DNA from: Callorhinchus milii
Lineage: Eukaryota
Direction of reading: 5' to 3'
NCBI RefSeq assembly: GCF_018977255.1
Contig: NW_024704742.1
Coordinates: 116,004,001 to 116,068,000, forward strand
Length of the DNA: 64,000 nt
Shown here: in pieces, positions 1-12,000 of the stretch
How positions within the stretch are numbered: position 1 is the stretch's first letter
Layout: each line of letters begins with the position of its first letter
Made by a program: the position numbers and the translations under genes
Notes under the pieces: generated by a model
What the model was told of the DNA's origin: nothing
Seen by the model: only the letters and a program-made list of their open reading frames with translations
The model's database searches: none

Positions 1-97
1 AGTAAGGAAACTTGCCCAAGGTTTCGCCCTGCCGGGAATCGAACCCAGATCTCTCACTTGCAAAGCGAGTGCTCTAACCACTGAGCTACAGGACTCC
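1..97 (-). mobile_element. tRNA-derived SINE, 5' head (cut by window edge)
   Basis: Reverse complement GGAGTCCTGTAGCTCAGTGGTTAGAGCACTCGCTTTGCAAG... with A and B boxes. Confidence 0.9.
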
Positions 98-1469
98 AAA
101 GAAATCTACATAGAAATTCAGCACAGAAGCCAATTTGCCCATCGTGTCTAGGCTGCTGCTTTGAAAAGCCAATCCACTGAGTCCCATAAATTGTAAAATT
201 AAACCTGCTTTTAACAATGTAATGAATTTATAATGGTACTTAGGGTTATTTTAGATTTTAAAATATATGTAATTATAGAATGTTATGAACCAAATAAGTT
301 GTGTCACTCATATAATATTCAACCTCTATAATCTTAGGAATGTGGTTGCTTTTGCAACTGTAGAAGTCAGTTGAATTATAAGGTTGAAATGATACTATAA
401 TTTTCAAGGCAAGGGAAAGAACAAAATACAGTTTTAACAATACTGTTTACATTGCGGCACAGTGTGCAAAGCGTTGGTGCCCTGTTCATGGACTCAAACA
501 GACATAATTTGAAGGGGCAACACGCAGCTGCACCAAATGGAGGCCTAGCTGACACTAAAGAGGGAAATTATCTTGAGTGAAACTCTGCTTGCTAGTCAGC
601 ATCTCTTACCACTTCCAGAGCCATACAAGTCAGCGTATAGAGTGTAGAGCATAGAATGTAGAACCTGAACTAATTCCAGAGGGAGAAAAGGATAAATCCA
701 TTAAAACAAACAACTTCCATTAAAAATAATATTAACTTCATTTGAACCTGCTGTTGAGGACTGTCAGTACTCCACTGTCACATGATATTCAACAGGCCTA
801 ACTCTAACTTATGTCTAGATGACCTCCAGTTGTACTGGATATCAGCTCCTCGTATCAATAAAAATCTTGAAGGCAAGATCTTGGGTTTGGAGGACTTTGC
901 GAAAATAGTTAGAATTTACACGTTACACGTATTAGTCAAATGATGAACAATTAATTACCTGTGCATGAAACAGGAAATTTGATTGAGAGATCTCTGTTTT
1001 ATTCTGTTATTTCTGTCAAATATATAATAGAGACAGCTCACATAGGCATTATATCCGTATATCCCGGTTTCTTTACATTTGAAATTATGGCTTCAGAGGT
1101 GGTCTCATACTTAACATCCCATCATCTAATGGCTGAATTTCTCTTTTGCAGTCAACAATGACCCTTGGCTTTTTCATTCCTCAGACATCCCACAGGCACT
1201 TCCTCTGCTTATTCACTGTATGTGATGGTGATGAGACGTTTGTCATTTTTATCACTGAATTTGATGCTCAACAGCTGGTCACTGGTGTAGCACAAATGCT
1301 GTATTTTTTCAGGGTCTCACTTATTGGCTACTGTCTATCTGCATATAACCTCTCATTTGGCTGAAATAGGCCCACGAAAGTCTAATCATAAAATTGTTGC
1401 AACTGTTTTGTGCATCCAACAGTAGCAATGTAACTACTTTAAAAACCTTCATGATGTTTCTTTTCCCAG

Positions 1470-1795
1470 ATGGTTTGGTGACTCAATTCAGTGAGCTGAC
1501 CAGGTCATATAAATTGTGTGGTGCTGGATTTGAATCTTGGTCTGCGCTGAACCAGACAAGGCAGCAGCAGAGTTGCGCAAAAATGAGACAAAGTTTCTGC
1601 TCCTGATCACTGTCCAGTGACCCGTGCTGGGTGTGCCCATGTGTGGTTATTGGGTGAGGACAGAATTTGGGTCAGCTGGGATCCACTCTGCGGTCAAATG
1701 ACCTGCCAACACTCATGGTCAAAGCACTTCACAAGATTCTACTGTGAAAATGAGCAGTATTTTATCAGCAGTATACCAGGCAGGGACCCATTACT
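1470..1795 (+). mobile_element. Old degenerate SINE-like repeat (second family)
   Basis: Motif ctcctgatcactgtccagtgaccc...ggtgaggacagaat; related reverse copies near 30060-30255, 35180-35340, 39980-40450, 63280-63590. Confidence 0.5.
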
Positions 1796-1796
1796 T

Positions 1797-2218
1797 TAAA
1801 ACAAAAACAGAAGTCGATGGGAACACTCAGCAGGTCAGGCAGCATCTATGGAGAAAGGAAAGTGAGTCAACATTTCGGGTCCACAACCCTTCGTTAGAAT
1901 TGGGGCATTTGGGAGGGAGAGGCTTTTAAGGGCTAACAGAGAGGGGGGAAGGCAAGGCAAGGAAGACAAAGGAGAAAAAGGGGTAGAGGACAGGGGATAA
2001 TGCAAAACAAAGGGGGTGTGTGGGGGGCAGAGAAGAAATTGCAACAAAATAGGCAGATCAGAGAGAAAAGGAGGTCTGGGACCCAGATGATGTGGTAATG
2101 GTCACAGAAGAGGGGGAGGGGGAAGGTGAGCTGTATGGTCTGGAATTTTTCTGACCATAACAAATTTGTCTGACCTGTTTTTATTTCAGATTTCCAGCAT
2201 CTGCAGTATTTTGCATTT
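1797..2218. mobile_element. Penelope-like chondrichthyan repeat remnant
   Basis: actcagcaggtcaggcagcatctatggag...aacatttcgggtc at left, inverted counterpart tctgacctg...tttcagatttccagcatctgcag at right; family name from recall. Confidence 0.55.
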
Positions 2219-3175
2219 TAACCCATTAACTTAAGGTGGATCTGGAGGCATAGAAATATCCTCCCTCAACCCTGCAAACCAAAGCCCGGAATGGGCTGAA
2301 ATGCCCTAGCTAAATAAGTACAGTTCTGTAGTGTGTTGTGTGGTTACACATTTTAAGCAGCATCTTAATTTTTTTTCTGTTGACTTCAGAACACATTAAT
2401 TTGAGGCACTTTTTTATCCTAGTTAACTTGATTTGAGCCTTTCTTTTCATAATTACAGTGCCTCAAACTAGACAATATGCTCCAAAAGTCTATTCACCAA
2501 TTGTGTCTGGTGTATCAGTACCATTCCTTTAGTACTCAATAGATCTTCTTTTACAAGCAGCTTCTGTCAGTCCCATTCCGTGATACTCGATGGATCTTCT
2601 TTTACAACCCGATTGTGGTTCTAATTTCATAGCCTAAATATAGTACCACATTTTCTTTTTCTCTTGCTTTCCCTTGTATTGTAAATCACACAACTAGTCA
2701 TCTGATATCTCAGCGATAACTAAATGGAAAATCTTCATGAAAACCTTCTGTGAAGAGATGGATCAATTTAAATCTATAAACATACTTACAATAAGGCGTA
2801 AAGCATTTACAGTGAACATTCATTTTAATACTAACTAGGTTAGTGTTACTCTAGACATGGACACAATTTGCCAGCATGCAATAAGCATTATATTGGAAAT
2901 TAGAATAACAATAATTTGCACCTTTATAGGGAAAATATCTTAAAGACTTTGCAAAAACAGTCCTAGCTGGGAGGAAGATGTAAGGGTAGAGGGCAGGTGC
3001 CCAAAGGCAAAGTCAATGGCATTTTTTTAAAATGAGTTTTGAAAACAAAAAGGAAGCATCGAGGCAGAAGGATTTTGGAAGACAGTTCCGGGAGGAGAAA
3101 CGAAGTGGCCTCTGCCCATTTATCCCTATGTGTGTGCGCATGTGTATGTGTGTGGTGTGTGTGGGGGGTGGTATT

Positions 3176-3757
3176 ACAACAACTCCAACAACAAAATGAC
3201 ATTTGTAAAGCGCCTTTCACGTCAGGAGGACGTCCCAACGCGCTGGACAGACAGAGTTTCGCACCTGAGTCGGGGTCGGGGTCAGGGGGGGTGGAGGGCA
3301 ATCAGGGAAGCAGGGAGTTCGAAAGCACAGTCGAAGAAGAGGGTCTTGAGATAGGTCTTGAAGGTGGCAAGGGAGGGGGCGAGGTGGAGGGACTGTGGGA
3401 TGGAGTTCCAGAGTGGGGAGGGGCAGAGTGGCAGAAGGCCTGGCCACCAAAAGTGGCGCAAGTGAGGTGGAGGACGTGAAGCAGGCCGGAGCCCGCTGAG
3501 CAGAGGGAGCGAGCAGGATGGTAGGGGATTAGGAGGTTGCAAAGGTAGGGGGAGCAAAACCATGGAGGGCTTTGAAGGTGAGGACCAGGATCTTGAACTG
3601 TATCCTCTATGTGATGGGAAGCCAGTGGAGTCGGGTGAGGATGGGGGTGATAGGGTCTGCAGAGTTCTGGATGATCTGCAGCCCATGGAGGGAGGAGTTG
3701 GGGAGGCCAAAAAGCAATGAGTTTGCATAGTCAAGCCTGGATGTTATGAAAGTATAT
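3176..3757 (-). mobile_element. L2-clade LINE 3' fragment
   Basis: (CAA)n tail, GGGACGTCCTCCTGACGTGAAAGGCGCT end, degenerate LWNSIP...FKTYLKTLFF translation. Confidence 0.88.
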
Positions 3758-3817
3758 ATGATGTCTCAAAGTGCTTCACACAGCATAATGTAATCCTGGA
3801 GTTGAGGGAGAAGGCAG

Positions 3818-3995
3818 ACAACAACAACAATAAAATTATATTTGTTTAGCGCCTTTCATGTCAGAAGGACGTCCCAAGACAATCAATATTTCGGACCTGA
3901 GCTGGGGATCAGGATCAGGGAGGATGGAGAGCAGAGGTGGAAGGAGGGTGATTGAAGGCACGGTCGAAGAGGAAGGTCTTGAGACGGGTCTTGAT
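3818..3995 (-). mobile_element. L2 LINE 3' end
   Basis: Same tail and 3' sequence as 3176-3757. Confidence 0.8.
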
Positions 3996-6900
3996 GGAAG
4001 AGAGTTGAGTATCATATGGAAGAGGACCTCATGTCACCGTGGGGAAGAATGTAGATGATGAAAATACTCTCACTCTTTTGTAAAATTGAAATTATCATCA
4101 CATTTACTTAAATTTTGAAATGGGAAGGAAGATTGAAGGCAGTAAATAGAAATCAACCATGGCAATGACAATTTAAATATATTGTACATGAGTATCAAGA
4201 AGCTCTCTCCTTTCCAAAAATATACTCTCTTATATGGGACTCTTGACATGAGAGATTCATCCATATTTTGATTTGCGGTATGTAATCAAGTAGATGCATT
4301 TAATATCTATATGCTCACACTCAGTGATGTCATCCACAGACATGGGGTTAACTTGTATAATAATAATAATCTTTGCATTTTTATATAGAGTCTTATCACA
4401 TTGTTGAGACGTCTCAAAGTGCTTCACATAATATACTGTAAAGTGAATTGACTGTGTAACTAACACTAAATCATTGCAAATATTTTTGAATATTGCTTTT
4501 GCATTTTGTGACATTAATTGCACTGCATCAAACTATTTGATCTAACAATACAAACTCAAATTATTATTTTCAAATCCCCTCATTATCTTGATCCAGTTCT
4601 ATTATTGCCGTTCATGTAGTTGCTGTTGACCAGACTAACTGCCGTAATCTTGCATAACATAATGGCAAAAGAAAAAGCATTGACTTTTTAATAAAAAAAC
4701 ATGTTATTATGTTTATAGTGCATTGCTAGCTTTTTCGGGGTGGGTGAGGGGTGGTGGTGGTGGGGGGAGATCAGATTAATCGAAATGAAATAGAGGATAG
4801 TGTTGAAAAAAACATACAAGAAATAATGTACTCTTATTTGCCGTTTTCAGTACAACATTATAGAACTTCTAGGTAGAGAGGTATTCTCTTTTTAATAAGA
4901 TAAAGTGACCTGCATGATTTCAGATGAGCCGTTAGATCATTAGTTGTTGTACAGAGAAACAGTGCCAATGTACATACAGAATAACGGGGAAGCAGCAGGG
5001 AGTGAATTGAATTATAGGAGGTTCAGATTACACCCTTACACTGTATGACATCATTTAGATTTCCCAATTAAATTGTAACCTTCAAACCATTTTCTGCTAT
5101 CTCGTTTTTTTTTAAAAAAAAACGCACCAGATAATTAGAATGTAATTAAGTTTGCAATGTTTACTATTGTTGGCAAGTAGACTGCTTTTTGCCTGCTCTG
5201 GGACTCCGAGGCAACGTGCCAGCTTCTAACAGTGTTATGTGGCATCCACAGGATATTAAACTCTTTCGTGACATTCGTACTGAAATAATGTGTAATAGAT
5301 TACAGGGAAATGTTCCGACCAGTGTGCAGAGAATTCTGTGTGGACGGAGTTGGAAGTGAGTAATCTGGCTGCAATTTAACTGAAGGGTTCTCACAACATC
5401 AATCATAAACCAGCAGACTGAAACTCAAGCAGTGCATGGCCATCACCTGAACCCACATTTAAATTACACTTATTTATTCTTTCTTTCCCATTTATAGCGC
5501 TGTATAATAACGTAATTATAATATATATTATATTGTATTATTATCTATCGGTAAGATTAAATCAATGTCAATTAATTGAAAGCACCTTTGAGAACTTACT
5601 GCCATCACTGCAACATAATAAGATGCGATGATTCACAGAGGGTATGGTGTATAGATTTATGGAGCTAAGTAACTCAATTGTGATTTAGTTGCAATTTAAT
5701 TGAAGGGTTCAGATAACATCATAAAGCATGAGAGCTAAGATCAGGTGGTCATCTGATCAGGATGTCATTTGAACTCCAACATTTCTTTGCAGCCTTTTAA
5801 CTCGCTGAAAGCTATTCATTATATTTTATAATGTTTGTAACGGTCTGGATAGAATAAACCCATGATAGTGACAACTAAACGTAGTGTTGAAATCACACTG
5901 ATTGAAGAGTGTGAGATACGACAGTGGCTATGGGACATTATCAGATTGGTGACTCTGGACATTGGGCTACAATTCAAAGCTATTTATACACATCAGTTTA
6001 CAAACTAGAGTTACAGGGAAAACGGACAGCCTGATATATAATTGAAATGAAAATGGTTTGGTTGTTTAGCAATAAATTATTGAGACCATAATTTATATTA
6101 TGAAACTTTGCGTACGATTACTACATCACTTCAGTCTGCCCCGTCAAAGTGACTGAGATACGCACAAAGTCATTATACTCAACAGATTGTCCCGATAGCA
6201 CTGCACAGTTAGAGGGAGGTTTCCATCAATACATATTCCGCCTCATAAACACTGAGAGAAGAGAATGGAGTGCGTTCTCCTCTGCAGTGCAAATCTATTT
6301 GGCAAAGCTGTACTTGTAATTACCCGCTCCCCCCCACCACCCTGACGTGTCAGTACTCTTCAGGTATTTGGTCAGTTTTCGATACGTTCGTTGAAGAATT
6401 AATGCACGGTATTGTGAAAGAAAACCAAGAAAATTGAATTATAGATAGTGTATTAATAGTGCATCTTGTGACTCTTGTATATTGGATCTATCTATGTGAT
6501 ATAAATCAAATCACGATTCCGTACACTTACCAACAAATATACTAGAAACAAAAAGGTTATATGCGAGTGCTTAGAAAAAAATATACTCCTGATGTGCAGA
6601 GCTTACTATACAAAATATTACTCTGTAATATGTCTTAAGATGTCTGGAACACGTCAAAATCGAGAATAACTTAAACATTGAACCTAATGATTTGAAGCAT
6701 GAATAAATGCAGAAACTGTATTACGTAATGAAAAAAATACTTTGAATACTGTGTTTAAATAACGTCAGTCATTTATTAATTTCAACCTGGGTCATTAAAA
6801 TAAATAATGTTAATTGGAAACAGTACTGAAATAAATCTGATTATTTGTTTAAGAATGAAGATCGTATTTTGGCCACCTGTTTGTGGCATGTAGTTCATTC

Positions 6901-7489
6901 AAGAGAGCAATGTCTCGTTCCTAATACTTAATGGATCCCAAATTTCACTTTAGTCTTAGTTTCTATACTATCTTGTTGTTGGATTTAAAACTATGCACAA
7001 TTGCGGAAAATGCATGTGTTTAATCTTGATTTGGAAGCCGATTCTTTTTAAAAATTCGAGAAGAACAAATTCCAAATCAAGACTGAACTTAAGAATTTTT
7101 CTACAATTCTCAAATTTAAAGACAAGATAGGTTTACGGGCTAATACTTGGCGAAATGTTAGGCTTCAGATAAAATATAAATCAAATGAGCTAAAATAATG
7201 CTTTCATTTATTATAGGGCTCTTTAGGTCTCAAAGGCCCCCAAATAGGTTACTGTAGAGTGTAGTGACTGTGGTTTTTCTAAGCGAGTTGTGGGTTTAAG
7301 TATAATTTTATCATTACAGATTAAATGGAACCCTGGAAGGAGACTCGCATTATATTTACAATTCTGAAGTAACTTCATAGAATATAAATGTTTCTATTTT
7401 TTCTGCAATGTATTTGGAATGGAAATCGCGTTGCAGATTGATAGACAGATTATTTGCCACATCTTGCATATATATGGTCGAGCTTCCTT

Positions 7490-7566
7490 CTAGCGCTTTG
7501 GGACGTCCTCCTGACGTGAAAAGCGCTATATCAAATGCAAGGATTATTATTATTATTATTATTATT
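7490..7566 (+). mobile_element. Isolated SINE 3' tail
   Basis: gcgctttgggacgtcctcctgacgtgaaaagcgctatatcaaatgcaagg(att)n. Confidence 0.85.
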
Positions 7567-8766
7567 GTATCTATCTACGCAAATGCGTTTTTTTTACAAC
7601 ATTAGTACCAGCAATATTTCAGATTGTACACTGTAGACCAGACTATTTCAACCAATCTGATCGATAGAGGCAACAGGAAAGATATGAAAAAGCGGTGTAG
7701 ATGGTTTTATAGCCTCAAATTTCCCCAAAACCAAGCTGTGCGAGATTTTAAAACAGAGAGTGTTTAATTAAGACGCTGTGGGGATGGGACGGGTTGAAGT
7801 ATCCACTGAGTAGATTCAAAGCGCGGTGAAGACGTGGCCACTGTTCAGAGGAGTGCTCCCGGGTGGCATTGGTTCCCAAAATTTTTAAATGGAGAGTGCA
7901 TCAGAGTTCTTTTCAGACGGAGTGGTAAGTGTAGCAACTGTTACACTGAGTGAATGACACACATAAAGATTTTCCACCTCCCAAGGCGTGCATTCAGGTC
8001 CTTTTGTATAAAACCCAAGCCAACGCGATGATGACAGTCTATAGCCCAGCAACACTCCAAATCTCTTCTAATTAGTCTAATTAAGGAGGCGGCTTGAGAG
8101 TTGGCGGAGGACGGATACCTTCTGATGAAGATGCTTTATTCTGCCAATCAGTACTACGCTCTTTCTCTCCGAAATCCAGCGCTGTGCAAAAGCGAGATGC
8201 TATCTCACTGTTTTAAGTAGTCGTCTTCTGGGGAATCTTTTGTGGAAAGCAACGTACCAATGAAAGCATGTTGTACAGAAAAGGAATCGTTCATCTGCCC
8301 ATTGTGCTATTCCTCGGAACAATGCACTGATGTGCAAATGTGTATCATGTATTATTCTCAAAACGAATTCTTTATGCTGTAACTTTAGCAAAACTTCTAC
8401 ACATAGTCAGTAGACAGACTGGTCACGTTGCTTTAATTCGCCATGTTCCCAGCATTGTAATGCTCTTGAATAGTTAATGGAATATTAAATAGTTCCTAAC
8501 TTATTATACACCTGGTTGTTTATTCAACAAACGAGTCTGTTGGATAAATTGGCATTATATATATGTTTAAATATAGAATCTAAATTATACTTGCAATATA
8601 GTGACAGAGAATTGCAAAAAATCTATTTACAACCTTGTGAACTTTGTAATTCCAGAATAAAAGTGCACTGGGATCAAAAACGGACAAATTATTTTACACG
8701 TTATGAAAAAAATATTATATTCAAGGAAGAGCAAATTGATATAATTTTGGGGATTGACCATTTTGT

Positions 8767-9088
8767 GGAGTCCTGTAGCTCAGTGGTTAGAGCACTCGCT
8801 TTGCAAGCGAGACACCTGGGTTCAATTCCAGGCAGGGCGAAACCTTGGGCAAGTTTCCTTACTCCACACAGAGCCTAATAATAATCCCTCCAAAACCCAA
8901 AACAATAATAAATTGGTCATTTTCAATCTACGACTGTTTGTGGGACATTGCTGTGCGCAATTGGCTGCCGCGTTCACCCACAAATATACAGTCAGTTCAC
9001 TTTACAGTGTGTTCTGTGAAGCGCTTTGGGACGTCCTCCCGACGTGAAAAGCGCTATATCAAATGCAAGGATTATTATTATTATTATT
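8767..9088 (+). mobile_element. Full-length tRNA(Ala)-derived SINE, short subtype
   Basis: tRNA head with TGC anticodon stem-loop, Deu-like core gtgggacattgctgtgcgcaattggctgccgcgtt, L2-like tail, (ATT)n. Confidence 0.93.
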
Positions 9089-12000
9089 TTTGAATAAAAT
9101 CACGTTCTTGTTTTAAAGACTGGATACCGAGAACCTGGAATGTTTTTTTCTCCACTATAAACAGTTATAATCTGATTTGTATTAAATTCAATTGTGTGCG
9201 TTAAATACTTTGGGGAATATTAATGTTATATTTTTGCTCACAGTAGAGCAGCACTGTCGTTCGGAATTGTTTTATGTTTTACTTTGAGCTTATATTTTAG
9301 TGCTTACTCGGTTTAAAGAATTGCACAGAATTGAAAACACCGTTACACTGGATTCCCTCAAAACTGGTGAAGTATTGTGAAGGGGGTGGGTGGGGGGGGG
9401 GTAGAGAAACGCCATAGCCCGATAAAACGAGCCGATGCGTGTGGTTTACTGGGAGTTAAGCTTTTAATTGGTCAATAAATTATAAAGGGAGTGCGTTAGT
9501 AGGTGCAGGTGTAAAAACAAAGTGAAGTCTTGCATTTGGCTCGACTGTAGACTGGGTCACCCCAACACCCACACTGTCACCATCAGGTCAACTCACAATA
9601 AAACAAACAACAGCCACACAGAGAGCGGGCAGATGGAAAACACGCCCGTTAAAGAGACAGTATCTCTATTTTGGACAAATTAGATTACAATTCAGAATTT
9701 CCCCAAATCAGAGCTGCACAATTACCCTGACAGCAATGTTGGCAAAACAATCATGTGGCAGACTCTGATAAGAATTGTATTGAGTGATATGCATATCAAA
9801 TGCAAGGTTTGTTAGTATTTATTGTCATTTTCATTTGATTCGGTGAGATGGAGATTATTGAATCTTTACATTGAACTCATAATGAGCCAATTGCATTGTG
9901 CCAGTTGTAACCCCAGCCCATGCGCATTAATAACTGGCGCAGTCCCTGTCAGACAGCCTTCATTCAGTCGGCAGTAAGAGTGGTTAAGTAGCAAAGGGAG
10001 AACTGATGAATTATTCAGCATGGCAAAAATGAAGTTGTTAAAACAGACAGACATCTCATTAGAAATAGTCTTAATATATCTTCAGCCTTTCTGTCTTGTG
10101 GTATGAATATTGCATTTAACCTGCAGGATTCTTAGGTTTTTGTTTGTTGATAAATTTGTTTTTTTTAAAAAAATTCTCGAAAAAGTAAGGTGGGAGGGTA
10201 GTTCAGGGAGCAGGGCCTCTGGGGTTTCTAGGCGTAAATGAGGGGCGCTGGGGATAATCAATGCGGGTGCTGCAGGTAATGAAGATGGTTGAAGTGGGGG
10301 CTGACCTTGGGTCTGCTCTCCACGCAAAAGACTCAAGTGCAAGGTCAACCCAGCCTGAAGTGTCAACACTTCAATTTAAAACAACACATCCCAACGCCCC
10401 ACCTCAACCCATTTCCATTTACTCGTTGGTAAACTTCATTTCAGTACGAATTATAAAATTAATGTCGTCCAGTGGCTCAAAATACAGTCCGAAGAATGCA
10501 TGAACAAGACGCACTATTTGGATTGAGGTTTTACAGATCCAGGCTAAAGAATCTTGTCATTCAGATGCAGTTTTCCCAGTGTTGTTCTGCATTTTCCGAT
10601 TTAAATAAAGCCTTTGGGAGGATTGTTAGAATAAATAATAATATATAATAATACAAATGCCATCTTTTCATTGTGTATTAATTCCATACTGAGACTCGGC
10701 TGCTCTTGGTTAGATTTTTGTGTCCCCTAAAGAGGAATCAACTGGGTGGTGGGTTTAAAAACTTCTGCATCGAATTTGTCTTCGATGCAGCGACGCTTTG
10801 GTAACTCAACGTGAAACAGAACACACTTTCACAATTGACACGTAAAATTATATTGTGTTGTATAATCAAATATGATGGATAGATTATCCAGAGACCTAAA
10901 CAAAGGTACAACATGCTGATTGCAACACAAATACTGTCAGACGTGTTCCAGACATGTGTAGTCTTGAAGAAAGAGACCGTGTCTTTTGGTGACTTCATGC
11001 TGGCTGGATTAAAATGCTTAAACATTACATTGCAAGCAGCATTGGCTTCCTCTGCTTGTCATGAAGTTCAAAGCATTTCAAAGGAACATAAGTGAAGAAA
11101 ATGACATGAAGTCCTGCATCCGACTCCATCATATTTAGAGTCCGGAAAATTATTTTACAAACCCCAGGTCAAATGTAATGGAGGAAAAATAAATATATAT
11201 TTAAAAAGCTATGTTGGATTTTTAAAGAATGTCGAATTGGTTCCTAAAGGCATGTGTAGGTTTGATGCTTTGTACTTGAATGGACCAACACGTGTTTCTC
11301 TTTAAGAGTTTCAACTGTCCATTAAAGAGAATAACCTGGGAAACAAACTCATTGACAACAAATTCTCTTAACAATCCTGTGCTATTTGACCCTAGAAAAA
11401 GGGTGCAATTTCCCATAGGCAGATATTGGAATGTTTTATGGGAATTGTGCCCTGGGTAGAACACCACTAGTAAACTCTGAATCATCACACAACAAAGCGT
11501 TTATTTAAAGATGTTAGCAATCCCAAAGAAGTCAGATCAAATACTTTATCCAGACTACAATCATAATTATTTGTCTAATGGGGCCTATGTGATAAGTGAT
11601 TCCACCGCATTTATAAAGTTGGTGCCTTCCCTTTCTGTTTGTCAGAGATATATTGAATACATTTAAAATAAACAGGAGGCTGGAAAGCATTGGAGGTTTT
11701 ATCTAAAGTGAGCTCTGGGGGAATGAAACAAAAAAGAGAAAGTGATGCAGTCGTTGCACCAAGACAAACAGAGATTATCTACAGATAAGTGGGCCTCACG
11801 TATCTCAAAGGGGAAACAGCTAGATATCCCAACATTCAAGCAAAGTGGTAATGCTGGCAAGAGTTTGTCACTAATGCAGGTGCATATTCAATACCCTTAT
11901 TGTGCTACAACCTCTAAAGCCCAGAAACGTTTAACGTTATTTGACAATAGAAACAGATTAGAAATATCGTGTACCTTTGCAACATGAAAACAAAATCAGT

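Noticed and set aside
1146..1364. 72-aa ORF following an acceptor-like tttctcttttgcag
   Set aside because: No recognisable protein similarity and no clear donor; cannot support an exon
8767..8840. tRNA-Ala(TGC)-like sequence (also at 35742, 49174, 54537 and others)
   Set aside because: The acceptor stem does not close and the sequence runs straight into a SINE body and tail in many copies; these are SINE heads, not tRNA genes
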